Source: a virus (taxonomy: Duplodnaviria > Caudoviricetes). From it: 48,142 nt of DNA. The stretch spans positions 1 through 48,142 of IMG/VR virus record IMGVR_UViG_3300031949_000061; one strand, given 5' to 3'. Shown piece by piece: positions 1-8,939 of this stretch (position 1 is its first letter; each line of letters opens with the position of its first letter). The notes under the pieces were generated by a model that worked only from the letters and a program-made list of their open reading frames with translations, was not told the DNA's origin and made no database searches. The translations under genes and the position numbers were made by a program.

Positions 1-73
1 CGCTGTAAGCCACGCGCAGGAAAACGAACTGAGTACCGAAAACGCGAACGCGAGTTTCACCGAGAATAGACAT
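1..73 (-). CDS. 5' part of a gene running off the window; possible lipoprotein/secreted protein
   Basis: GGAG RBS then ATG at 73; translates MSILVKLAFAFSVLSSFSCAWLTA (basic residue, hydrophobic stretch, Cys). Not in the ORF track because truncated. Confidence 0.55.
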   Translation of the reverse strand, partial: MSILGETRVRVFGTQFVFLRVAYS

Positions 74-84
74 TGCTGTCTCCT

Positions 85-369
85 TTACTTGAGATGAACA
101 ATAGTGGTAAGTACACCAGCATTATTCTTGACATAGAGGTCGCTACCTAGAGTAATGTTCACTCTAGAAGCAGACCCAGTATAGAATGCGTCAACTGCCA
201 GCCGGCCAGCAGCATTATTGAAGAATCCGCTGACAGTACGGTTACCGGACCCGTCAGTAGTAATGAAGTCGTTGGCGCTACCGGGGGTAACTTGACGTAC
301 AACAATTTTCAGGCCCTTGAAGCCAAGATCGAGAACTTTGCTAGCATGGTCCTTATAAGGGGGCGACAT
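85..369 (-). CDS. Small putative virion protein
   Basis: 94 aa, beta-rich composition, tightly packed downstream of the capsid gene. Confidence 0.6.
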   Translation of the reverse strand: MSPPYKDHASKVLDLGFKGLKIVVRQVTPGSANDFITTDGSGNRTVSGFFNNAAGRLAVDAFYTGSASRVNITLGSDLYVKNNAGVLTTIVHLK

Positions 370-371
370 AA

Positions 372-650
372 CTAAGCTCCATCCCCGGCCGGATTCGGAA
401 TCGGGTCATCATGGTTAGAGATAAGCAGCACCGATTGACCGCTAGTACCCACAAGGGTAACAGCAGTCGCACTGGACTGAGTAATCGTGATGGTGGTGTC
501 TCCAGGGCGAACAAGTTGGACGACCTGACCCGAGGTGCTACGCATCCGAGGAAGCGTAACCGAATCGGAATTGGCGGTCAGAGTAACGAACGTCGCAACC
601 AGATTCCCGGCGGAGATAGGAAGCACCTTTTGCGCCGTAATGGTTGACAT
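372..650 (-). CDS. Small putative virion (head decoration-type) protein
   Basis: 92 aa, Thr/Ser/Val-rich, AGGAG RBS, first gene after the major capsid gene. Confidence 0.6.
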   Translation of the reverse strand: MSTITAQKVLPISAGNLVATFVTLTANSDSVTLPRMRSTSGQVVQLVRPGDTTITITQSSATAVTLVGTSGQSVLLISNHDDPIPNPAGDGA

Positions 651-671
651 TAAATTGTCTCCTTACAGAAC

Positions 672-705
672 ATAGCCGGATGGACCGTTAGGCCCACCCG
701 GCTAT
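672..705 (-). terminator. Stem-loop after the capsid gene (probable partial terminator or stabiliser)
   Basis: ATAGCCGGGTGGGCC-TAAC-GGTCCATCCGGCTAT on the minus strand, short T tail. Confidence 0.6.
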
Positions 706-727
706 TTCATTACTGAGCTACCAGCCC

Positions 728-1942
728 TTAGTAGGTCGGCAGCGTGAGGCCAGTGATCTTGGCCGTCTGATTGAGCTTCGCACCCACGTTCTCACCGTAG
801 AACTTCATGAGAACCGTGAAGGCGTCCTGACCCGGGACCCACGCCATATTGACGCGCTCGTCAATCGACAGGGGGCGGACCACACCGCGCTCGATGGCGG
901 CGAGGTTGATGAAGTAAACCTCATCGGGGAGAGCCGCCCACGTCACGGTCCAGGAATGTCCCTCGAACGTGGTCATGGACTGCTGAGCACCAAGCTCCAG
1001 ACGGTTGTCGTGGAAGCGCCGGAAGGGCAGTGCAATCTCCGTGTACCGGTCGAACTGGTCGTGGTTGGAGATGTAGGTAAAGCCCTCAAGCGAGTCCGCA
1101 GCCGTCTCGATCATCAGCCGCTTGCGGAGACGCCGCAGCATGGACTCGTCAAGCGAGGTACTGCCGGCCGCGATTACCTGACTCTGGAGAATCGGGTAAG
1201 TCGTGCGCGAGAGGTTGTAGATCGTGCCAGTGGCCGACACGAGAGCCGGAAGGCCGAGCGCCGTGATCTCGCTGGGAGCCGACGCTTCGTCCTGCTCGCC
1301 CGAGATATACACACCGTCGTCCACCGCCACCGTAACCGGAGCACTGACCGTGATCGTCGCATTCGCCACGTTGCGCGAAGTGACAGTCACGGGGCCGGCC
1401 TGACGCAGACCGGTGCTGTTATTCAGGAACACAACGACCTGACCCGAGCGGAACGTGCGCGAGTCATCCACCGTGATCGTGGTGCCGGCGGCAGCCGCCG
1501 TAGCCACGTTCGTGAGACGGCCCGTGCCATCGCCGCGGAGGAAAGTCGTCTCGAAATTCGCACCGGCCCGCTTGGTCGCCATGTTGATGGCGTCCGTGAT
1601 CGCAGCCGCGAACGAATCCTCGCCACCACGGCGAGAGACGGCCTCGGCAAGACCCGAGAAGACCACCGAATGGAAGTACTTCTTCGGCTCAACCTTGGCC
1701 TGCTTCACGCGCTCATTGCCTGCGCTGGGAAGCGTGTTATCATCCTTGCCGCGCCACCCGCCGCCGGCCTCATTGCCGTCAACGCGCACCGCGAAGTACA
1801 CACCCTCACCCGAGGGCTGCCACTTGCTGTTCTCCTTCAGCCGGGAATAGACAGGAGCCGAAAGCTGCTGCGTCTGGAAGATCGAGTCCACGACATACCG
1901 GCGGAGGAGCATGTCACCGAGAGTCTGAAACGTAATCGACAT
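728..1942 (-). CDS. Major capsid protein (HK97-fold, P22-coat-like)
   Basis: 404 aa, strongly biased codon usage, directly after the scaffold gene, motifs FLRGDGTGRL and a C-terminal AKITGL typical of this capsid type. Confidence 0.85.
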   Translation of the reverse strand: MSITFQTLGDMLLRRYVVDSIFQTQQLSAPVYSRLKENSKWQPSGEGVYFAVRVDGNEAGGGWRGKDDNTLPSAGNERVKQAKVEPKKYFHSVVFSGLAEAVSRRGGEDSFAAAITDAINMATKRAGANFETTFLRGDGTGRLTNVATAAAAGTTITVDDSRTFRSGQVVVFLNNSTGLRQAGPVTVTSRNVANATITVSAPVTVAVDDGVYISGEQDEASAPSEITALGLPALVSATGTIYNLSRTTYPILQSQVIAAGSTSLDESMLRRLRKRLMIETAADSLEGFTYISNHDQFDRYTEIALPFRRFHDNRLELGAQQSMTTFEGHSWTVTWAALPDEVYFINLAAIERGVVRPLSIDERVNMAWVPGQDAFTVLMKFYGENVGAKLNQTAKITGLTLPTY

Positions 1943-1987
1943 GTTTATCTCCTAAAGATAATGATCCCCCGCCGACACTTTGTCAGC

Positions 1988-2923
1988 TTAAGCCTTGCTA
2001 CGTCGGAGAAGCTCTCCAACTGCTGAAGCGAAGTCGGCCTCGTTCTGAACGAACTTACCGTCCTTCATCTCACCCCAGTTCTTCGACTTCACGTCCTTTT
2101 CAAACGCTTCGTTCGTAGTTCTGGAAGACTCGGGGACATCTTTCATTACTTCTTGCTTGGTCTTATTAACCAAAGCACCGCGCGGGATTCCATAATCCTT
2201 GATCAGTCCAGCAAGGGACTTCTGAAGAGTGGCAGGGATGACATCCCGACCATTCTCCTCAATGAAGTTCCAATCCACACGGGGAGTCCAAAGCTGTGAA
2301 ATGATAGCCTTGTCCTCGTCCGTATACTCCTCGGGAAGAGACGCAAGAAGCTCACGGGCATACCGGCCAGAGTCATCCCAAAGCCGCTCAGCATTCTGCT
2401 CAGCGTTGAGTTCCTCAAGTTCAGCCAGCTTCTCCTGCATAGCTGCTTCCAGCCTTGCAACAGCCTTGTCATCGCCCTTCTCTTCAGCCTTCACCGTGTC
2501 TTCATGGATACCTTGAAGGGCCTTGTCAATCTTCACCACGGTATCCTTATACCGAGGATCAGCAGCCAGACCCTTGATCGACTCAAGAATCTGATGGTCC
2601 GTTTCAAGCTGTCCAACACGCTCACGAAGGCCGCTCTCGCGCTCTGCCACAGACTTGAACTGCGTTTCGAGGGCTTTAAGCCGTTCGAGCGCTTCGTTCT
2701 TCTGTGCTACTACCTCGGAGAACCGATCATAGGGAATAGATTTTCCCTCGGTACCCTGGGCCTTGTCGTCGGAGCCGACAGTCTTAGGCGTGGTCTTTGC
2801 AGCCACATCCTTAAGAGCCTGTGTGACATCCGGGTTCTGGCCCGACGCGGATTGCGAATCCGCATTGCCACCCGCAGCTACATCCTTGAGTGCTTGGGTG
2901 AGATCTTCTGCCGCAGTTGCCAT
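1988..2923 (-). CDS. Capsid scaffolding protein
   Basis: Acidic coiled-coil protein with IPYDRFSEV motif, immediately upstream of the capsid gene; GGAGG RBS favours ATG at 2923. Confidence 0.75.
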   Translation of the reverse strand: MATAAEDLTQALKDVAAGGNADSQSASGQNPDVTQALKDVAAKTTPKTVGSDDKAQGTEGKSIPYDRFSEVVAQKNEALERLKALETQFKSVAERESGLRERVGQLETDHQILESIKGLAADPRYKDTVVKIDKALQGIHEDTVKAEEKGDDKAVARLEAAMQEKLAELEELNAEQNAERLWDDSGRYARELLASLPEEYTDEDKAIISQLWTPRVDWNFIEENGRDVIPATLQKSLAGLIKDYGIPRGALVNKTKQEVMKDVPESSRTTNEAFEKDVKSKNWGEMKDGKFVQNEADFASAVGELLRRSKA

Positions 2924-3040
2924 TTCTGGCACCTCCTATTGTTTAACGCCGGTAGGGAGTTAGCCCGGCTAGGGTTGAAGCGTAGAACTTGTGGCTGTGG
3001 AGCGAAACAGCCGCCATACAGGCGTCCACACCTTGCGCTC

Positions 3041-3077
3041 CTATTAGATAATACCGTTTATTCTTTCAATCAGTCCA
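3041..3077 (-). promoter_or_regulatory. Phage-specific (late) promoter element, copy 1, driving scaffold and capsid
   Basis: TGGACT-GATTGAAAGAATAAACGG-TATTATCTAATAG; one of 8 copies. Confidence 0.8.
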
Positions 3078-3436
3078 AACTGAAAGGACTGAACATTAAG
3101 CCTATTTACCGTCCTATATCTGTGGCATGTAGGACAGACTATATCACACTTTTCTAGCTCTTGAAGTGCCCGTGCTGACTTGGAAGGGAATTTACTCAAT
3201 TCCTTAATCTTAACCCCCCGCTCAGGCACATGATCAAAATCCATAATCTCAGGAGGATGAACATCACCACAATCGAAGCAAGGACTATTCTTTATCTCAC
3301 TGAGATAATCATTCCATTCTTTACGTCTAGTCTTTGAACGTTCACGTCCCTTTTCCAGATTCTCTGGACGACGAGAATATTCACGCTGCCAGTTACGCGC
3401 GTACTCTCGTTTCTTTCCAGGGTCTTTATACGGCAT
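3044..3436 (-). CDS. Free-standing HNH-type endonuclease
   Basis: CFDC...MDFDHV...ELEKCDIVCPTCHRYRT; basic N-terminus; AT-richer than its neighbours. Confidence 0.8.
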   Translation of the reverse strand: MPYKDPGKKREYARNWQREYSRRPENLEKGRERSKTRRKEWNDYLSEIKNSPCFDCGDVHPPEIMDFDHVPERGVKIKELSKFPSKSARALQELEKCDIVCPTCHRYRTVNRLNVQSFQFGLIERINGII

Positions 3437-3458
3437 ATCATGTCCTTACGAGAAAAGT

Positions 3459-3497
3459 GACCCCAAGGAGACGGGGGAGGGACATCTCCTTGGGGTC
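3459..3497 (-). terminator. Probable intrinsic terminator
   Basis: 13-bp stem GACCCCAAGGAGA/TCTCCTTGGGGTC followed by ACTTTTCT on the minus strand. Confidence 0.55.
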
Positions 3498-3526
3498 TAC
3501 CGCGGCGCCGGGAGGGAGCGCGCGGA

Positions 3527-4909
3527 TTAAGTAATGAAAGTTCTAGTAGAACGGTATACAACATTAACCCCAATCGTAGCGGTTGTAGCTGTAGACCATG
3601 TTAGGAGGCCCTGGTTGTCACCGGCAGCACCAGCAGAAGAAAGGAACCACATGACGCCCTGGATATCGTGGGCAATATCCTTATCTCTGTTGTAGTTCTC
3701 CAAGGCCCTCAGCAAGTTAGACGGAAAATCTAAAATGGACACTTCGCCAGCAGCCGAAGGCATAGTCCTGAATGGACACACCCCCACTGACCTCTGGTAC
3801 GGATAGCACTCAAACACTCTACCCACAACGCCAGAATACAGCGCAGGGACTTGATCAAACTGAAAATACACACTTTGATTACCGCCCACAGTGGGCTGGC
3901 TCCACATCACTTCTTCGCTCCCAGCGGGGTTAGCTCCAGTGTCCGAATTCTTGAGCGACGGCATGAATCCAGCAATGACATAACCATTACCTTGACCAAG
4001 AGCTAATCTTGCCCATTCCGTCAATGGCTCAACAGTCACAAAGACGTACTCATTAGCCGTTACAGAGAACACAGAGGTAAATGTAAACGTGGCTTCGGCT
4101 GTCGCACTAGTAGTCAATGTGCTGGCATCAAATGAATCAGAAGTAGCTCTCAACGCCCCGATGGTTCTGGTGGCAACATCGTATTCGTATACCTTCGCTA
4201 CGATGTAATGTGGAGGTGAAGTAAAGCCTCCAGCCTTTCTAAGCCTGAATATCACAGTATCAGCAATCGCACTAGATGACTCAATCTGAACTACATTACC
4301 GCACGCCTGAATGAATTCAGAAGACAAATTCGTGTATTTATCAATCTGCTCTCGGCCTATTTGCATAGCCCCTTGAGTGGCGACTGCGGCTGCGGCAACA
4401 TTGGTCTGGGCTCTGATAGTGGCGCCTTCTTGAATTTTCACCCAGAAGTTACCAGCGTTATTGTTTACCGTGGTAACTCGCTCATTGTTACTTAGCTGAG
4501 TTCTCACCCAGACATAATCATCTTGTCCGCCTTTTCGGCCGCGCCATTTATCAACATCTCTGCTTTGTAAGTCTGGATATATCGCAATGTCTAGAGTTCT
4601 GAAGGTATGATTTGCAGAAGGAGCAATCGAATGAGTCAAGTACATTTGAGCCGACAAGATCTTGGAATAAGTAGGAATCTTCAGATCAGTGTACAAAATG
4701 CTATCGGCCCTAGTGGCAGCTTTACCAGGAACATACGAATTCTGAGGGGCGCGACCAGCAGCAACAGGATTCAACCAAGTAGCAGCAAATACGGAGGTGC
4801 TGAATGAGTCACGGGTAAAGAACGATCTAGACCCTGTTTGAGTACCTGATACAGCCATAGTATCTAAATGGCGATCAGTGTATCGCTGCTTGAAGAATTT
4901 TCTCCCCAT
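3527..4909 (-). CDS. Putative virion structural/receptor-binding protein
   Basis: 460 aa, beta-rich, Ala/Thr/Ser-rich, lies in the structural operon. Confidence 0.55.
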   Translation of the reverse strand: MGRKFFKQRYTDRHLDTMAVSGTQTGSRSFFTRDSFSTSVFAATWLNPVAAGRAPQNSYVPGKAATRADSILYTDLKIPTYSKILSAQMYLTHSIAPSANHTFRTLDIAIYPDLQSRDVDKWRGRKGGQDDYVWVRTQLSNNERVTTVNNNAGNFWVKIQEGATIRAQTNVAAAAVATQGAMQIGREQIDKYTNLSSEFIQACGNVVQIESSSAIADTVIFRLRKAGGFTSPPHYIVAKVYEYDVATRTIGALRATSDSFDASTLTTSATAEATFTFTSVFSVTANEYVFVTVEPLTEWARLALGQGNGYVIAGFMPSLKNSDTGANPAGSEEVMWSQPTVGGNQSVYFQFDQVPALYSGVVGRVFECYPYQRSVGVCPFRTMPSAAGEVSILDFPSNLLRALENYNRDKDIAHDIQGVMWFLSSAGAAGDNQGLLTWSTATTATIGVNVVYRSTRTFIT

Positions 4910-5625
4910 TAGACGTGGCTATACACTTTGTAAGTGCGCGCCCCTTCCTGAGCGTTCGAGGATACGATCTCCGGGTAAGTAGCCATAAGAGAAGCTAGAG
5001 AGGTATCGTAGTTGATAGTAGCCTGCAAAGAGGCATACCTACTGTTTTTCATGTGCGGGTCCAATACAGTTACCTTAGCGGTGATAGGGGATTCCACAGC
5101 CTTGAAGGTGGTGTTCAGCAGTCCGCGGAAGAAGCTGGCTTGATCCTGAATGAATGCTATTGTAACTTGGTTCAGATTGGTATTGAACACTCTGGTATTT
5201 CTACGAAACAAAGTACCTGTAGCTCTGACTTGGATTTCATTGCCAACCCTAGCCAATACAGATACACGGGCAATAGAAGCTACTCCGATGAGCACTTCTC
5301 GGTTATTGAATACCCCGAACTGCATAGTGCCAGAACCGATAAATTCAGTTCTAGTCATTCTAGTGCTTGCTTGCTCACGGTATTGATCCAGAAATGTATC
5401 CTCATCTTCCGGGTTAATATCACCCCTTTCAATAGCTTGTCTCAGTGCAATCTTCTCTACCTCTACGCCTCCACAGTATAAGACGTTAGGCACAGTCAAC
5501 AGGGAGGCAACAATAATATCGGCAATGTCGTTCTGAACCTTATCTGGAAGTAAGCGAACATCCACCAATCTAAAGCCGCCCACAACTTCAGACACAAACT
5601 TCTCTTCGACTAGATAGATCCCCAT
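4909..5625 (-). CDS. Hypothetical protein
   Basis: Start re-called to MGIYLVEE (AGGA RBS, just after the stop of the upstream gene); stop/start overlap with the next gene. Confidence 0.6.
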   Translation of the reverse strand: MGIYLVEEKFVSEVVGGFRLVDVRLLPDKVQNDIADIIVASLLTVPNVLYCGGVEVEKIALRQAIERGDINPEDEDTFLDQYREQASTRMTRTEFIGSGTMQFGVFNNREVLIGVASIARVSVLARVGNEIQVRATGTLFRRNTRVFNTNLNQVTIAFIQDQASFFRGLLNTTFKAVESPITAKVTVLDPHMKNSRYASLQATINYDTSLASLMATYPEIVSSNAQEGARTYKVYSHV

Positions 5626-5630
5626 AGTCC

Positions 5631-7193
5631 TTAGTTCTTTCTTAGTTGTAGAGTGACGTGGAGTTCTTCCTCCTTCCCGTCTCCCTCCCCTAATTTTAGA
5701 GTCTCTAACCATAAGAAGCTATCCTGCGGGATAACATTGTTATCGAATACAGACCTATACAGAGGGTTCTCTCCAGTACCAGCGTGCCCAGTGTAGAAAC
5801 CGGCTCTCCAGCCTCCTACCTCAAGTTCAGTTCCCGCACCACGAGAAGGAAAACTTCCGTATCGAACAGTAAAATCACAGAACGGATAGAAACCTGAGTC
5901 TTCGGTACGCAAGAACGCGGTCATCTTCATCACTTCAGTCTCTTCGGGCTCCACCCACCAAGTGACGGTATCAAAGTTAGAAGGGTTCTGAAGTGTAATG
6001 GATTTGGTAAAAGTCTCATGTCTGAGATTGATGATATTAGTGCCATCAGCATCCTGCGAAATGTAGAAATGGTCACTATTGACATTCCAAGGACGGACTT
6101 CACCGCCAGTCTTAACATAGAAAGCTTCAGCGGTGACTTGGTTCTCAACAGCGAGAGTATTTTCCATCTCGATGTGGCCGCCCGAGCGAATCGTCATAGC
6201 CACACTAGGAGTCGGTCCAGTATCCTGACCGTTATTCACCCGGAAAACAATCTTGCCGGGGACATAACCAGAACCGGGAGTTCCGTCCACATCCATCTGA
6301 ATCTGCGAGGAGATCAAATAGGTACTGCCATTACGTCCGGTAGCATAGATCCAAAGCAGACCATCTAGATCATCAACATCTGCGTGCGCGGCGCCAAGAG
6401 CGTCACTTCGTGAGCCCATGATGACGCAGGGAAGATTGCCGGAGTGCTTGTGGAGATGAAGGCTAACTGCATCATCCTGCGAAATGTCAGACACTTTCAG
6501 GGCACTAGTGTAATCAAATCCATGAACGCTGATACTATCACCCTCACCGCCAGGATTACCGGCAATGAGGTTGTTGTTAATTCGCATGTACTCGCCGTTT
6601 ACATCTACAATAATGTTCCCACTGTCATCATTGTAGATGTTGCCGTTCCCTGCGAGATAGAAAGCCTCGGCGGTATGAATTTTCCCTAATGCTACGCGAG
6701 GCTTGCTGTTTACCGTAGACAGATCGAAATCAGTACTCAAGAATTCAATGGTGTCATCACGTTCAATGAACGTCCCATCGGACTCGCGAACTACGATTCC
6801 GTAGAAGCCAGGAGGAGTTTCAGTTCTGAGTAGGTACTGCGGGTGATCATCATCCAGCAAACTAACCGAGTCCAGCAGTCCGTGGTCCGTAACTCCACCA
6901 CCGCCACCAGCCTCACCACGCCAGTTTACAATAGGGTTTCCATTGCTATCGGCCTTGATATAGAAGTCGTCAGAATGAAATCTAAGCCTGTCAACAGCAG
7001 TAAAGGATTGAGCGCCATTGGTCTGATCTACAGTAAGAGTTACCTCAACTGCACCGTCATGATCCTGAAGTAGATCACCCAATCCACGGCCATTATCAGA
7101 AGAGTTAGTGTAGGGGAAGGCTTTCCGAAGGGCAGGCTGCGTGCGAGCCCACTCGTTTAGGATTCGTACTTCTTCATCCGTGAAATGAGCCAC
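5631..7193 (-). CDS. Fibre-like virion protein
   Basis: 520 aa; GGGGVTDHGLL...DDDHPQY and repeated TAEAFY/GFY motifs shared with 15597-17525. Confidence 0.65.
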   Translation of the reverse strand: MAHFTDEEVRILNEWARTQPALRKAFPYTNSSDNGRGLGDLLQDHDGAVEVTLTVDQTNGAQSFTAVDRLRFHSDDFYIKADSNGNPIVNWRGEAGGGGGVTDHGLLDSVSLLDDDHPQYLLRTETPPGFYGIVVRESDGTFIERDDTIEFLSTDFDLSTVNSKPRVALGKIHTAEAFYLAGNGNIYNDDSGNIIVDVNGEYMRINNNLIAGNPGGEGDSISVHGFDYTSALKVSDISQDDAVSLHLHKHSGNLPCVIMGSRSDALGAAHADVDDLDGLLWIYATGRNGSTYLISSQIQMDVDGTPGSGYVPGKIVFRVNNGQDTGPTPSVAMTIRSGGHIEMENTLAVENQVTAEAFYVKTGGEVRPWNVNSDHFYISQDADGTNIINLRHETFTKSITLQNPSNFDTVTWWVEPEETEVMKMTAFLRTEDSGFYPFCDFTVRYGSFPSRGAGTELEVGGWRAGFYTGHAGTGENPLYRSVFDNNVIPQDSFLWLETLKLGEGDGKEEELHVTLQLRKN

Positions 7194-7196
7194 ACG

Positions 7197-7568
7197 CTAC
7201 CTCCCGAGGCAGATTGTGATGTTCACAGTCCTTCCGTGGTTATCTTCCCCGGCCTCTTCCTTCTCCTCACTATCGTCATCATTGCCACGCGAGCGAGCCC
7301 ACGCATCCATCGCCTTCTGGTGCAACATCCTCTTCAGAGTCTTATCAGCCTCGGGATAGTGGTTCTCAAAGTAGCCGCGTGAATAGACCTCATCGGCTTC
7401 CTTCTTAATCTCCATGAGGGGCTTGACCTTCTTGAGCAGCTTGAAGTAGCGACGATCAAAGATCTCCCCATCCAAAGGCTTGGGGGCCTTCAGATCGGTA
7501 GAACCAGTCCAAACCCTCTCAATGGGAGAGCCAGACGGGAAGATCGAATTGGAATCGCCAATAGCCAT
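7197..7568 (-). CDS. Hypothetical protein
   Basis: 123 aa, TAATG-coupled to the upstream gene. Confidence 0.65.
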   Translation of the reverse strand: MAIGDSNSIFPSGSPIERVWTGSTDLKAPKPLDGEIFDRRYFKLLKKVKPLMEIKKEADEVYSRGYFENHYPEADKTLKRMLHQKAMDAWARSRGNDDDSEEKEEAGEDNHGRTVNITICLGR

Positions 7569-7792
7569 TAGAAGCCTACTTTCTTCATCGAAACACCGTA
7601 CTGACGCGCCGCAGCCCTGCGCTGCGGGTCCATGCCAGGGTTAGCAGATTCACCCTTCCTCTTCTCATCGGCCAGGGGAACACCAGTCGCCTCAGCAGCA
7701 CCATGCCCAGTATTAGCAACGAGAGAATCAATGCCAGTATTCTGGGCTAGGTTCCCCATGTGATTAGGTTGCAACACCATCATCGGGTCCAT
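7568..7792 (-). CDS. Hypothetical protein
   Basis: 74 aa, AGGAG RBS. Confidence 0.6.
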   Translation of the reverse strand: MDPMMVLQPNHMGNLAQNTGIDSLVANTGHGAAEATGVPLADEKRKGESANPGMDPQRRAAARQYGVSMKKVGF

Positions 7793-8189
7793 GTCGTCTC
7801 CTTAGGTAATATTCCCGCATATAAGCATTACGCTTATCTCTATCTACTGGTTTCCGAATACCCCAAACTCTACCGAAAGGCGTCAAATATTTCATAGCCT
7901 CTCTAGCTCTGGCTTTTCTCCTATCACCGAGCCACGGATACATAGCAACGATAAGGGCATAAACATGAGGCTGTCTGCCTACCTCCCAGCACCATTGATC
8001 TACTTTTACTCTAGGAGTGACATTTCCAAACTTCATAACGGAATGCAATTTATCAATAACATCCTTATCTTTCATTACCAGAATCAATCTCCAAAGTTTC
8101 CGCTCGGTATGTGAACTACTAGTAGTTATACAGCCCTCTCCTTCAAATAATCCAGCAGCCCAAATAATATCCTCCCTATTCCACATCAT
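7764..8189 (-). CDS. Free-standing single-motif LAGLIDADG-type endonuclease
   Basis: WAAGLFEGEGCI motif, later MKDKDVIDKL and YPWLGDRRK; AT-rich. Confidence 0.75.
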   Translation of the reverse strand: MMWNREDIIWAAGLFEGEGCITTSSSHTERKLWRLILVMKDKDVIDKLHSVMKFGNVTPRVKVDQWCWEVGRQPHVYALIVAMYPWLGDRRKARAREAMKYLTPFGRVWGIRKPVDRDKRNAYMREYYLRRRHGPDDGVAT

Positions 8190-8572
8190 TATTTCCTCGT
8201 TCCGAAAGGTGCAATGTACACAGTGTATCCTGCGGCCAGTAGTCGTATCTCCATCTTAGCTGCCGCTCTAGCGTTCCAGCTATGGATGACGAAAGTGATG
8301 TGGTTGTACTTCTTGGAGTCCTGCTTCTCTAGCCAACGAACTACCTCCAGTCCACAATCCTCTCTGGACGGATGAGCATCAGGCTCTTCACCAAGATCAT
8401 ACTCCAGAGATGCTTCCTCAATTCGCTCTCGATAATCTACTAGTACACTGATAGCTTCTGAGACTGTCTTCACCCAAAATGTTCGAGATCGATCCAGTTC
8501 AGATAATCTCTGATAGTGGACCGCAGCACGGTTAGGATCTCGATCCAGAAATATCAGAACCTTATCACTCAT
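8189..8572 (-). CDS. Cyclic-phosphate-processing receiver (cREC)-like protein, degenerate
   Basis: LIFLDR, SLEYDLG, GLEVVRWL and IHSWN match the LDD / SLDHDLG / GxDxxxWL / HSxN pattern with substitutions. Confidence 0.7.
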   Translation of the reverse strand: MSDKVLIFLDRDPNRAAVHYQRLSELDRSRTFWVKTVSEAISVLVDYRERIEEASLEYDLGEEPDAHPSREDCGLEVVRWLEKQDSKKYNHITFVIHSWNARAAAKMEIRLLAAGYTVYIAPFGTRK

Positions 8573-8593
8573 TGATCAGCCCCCCGACTGAAA

Positions 8594-8782
8594 CTATCGC
8601 GATCTCAAATCAGTGTCTACCGCATCAAGATCAATAGATCGTGAATCCAAAACATCAATCTGTGCGGTAATCTCAGCGACCTTATCCTGATACCTCTGAC
8701 GAATTACCACTAAAGCAGCACGCCTAGAAGACACCTCAGCCTTGATAGTAGTTACTGTATCTCTCGATGCCATACTTCTCAC
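8594..8782 (-). CDS. Small coiled-coil hypothetical protein
   Basis: Heptad pattern, fills the operon gap. Confidence 0.5.
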   Translation of the reverse strand: MRSMASRDTVTTIKAEVSSRRAALVVIRQRYQDKVAEITAQIDVLDSRSIDLDAVDTDLRSR

Positions 8783-8936
8783 CTAACTTCCTTCCTTTAG
8801 TCTTCCTCTTGAGATGACCTTTCGGTCCGTAACTTGCAGCGATGGCCTTAGCCTGTGCCGGGTTGGTCACCTTATGCCCTGAACCTGACTTCAGGGTGCC
8901 GTGCTTGAATTTACTCATTATTTCACTAGCCGGCAT
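8736..8936 (-). CDS. Small basic protein, DUF6496-like
   Basis: MSKFKHGTLKSGSGHKVTNPAQAKAIA resembles the FKxGxLKSG...VxxxxQAxAIA family motif. Confidence 0.65.
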   Translation of the reverse strand: MPASEIMSKFKHGTLKSGSGHKVTNPAQAKAIAASYGPKGHLKRKTKGRKLGEKYGIERYSNYYQG

Positions 8937-8939
8937 GAC

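Noticed and set aside
956-2026. Long antisense ORFs (956-2026, 20655-21518, 45484-46188, 47259-47960 and others)
   Set aside because: Shadows of strongly codon-biased genes on the opposite strand.
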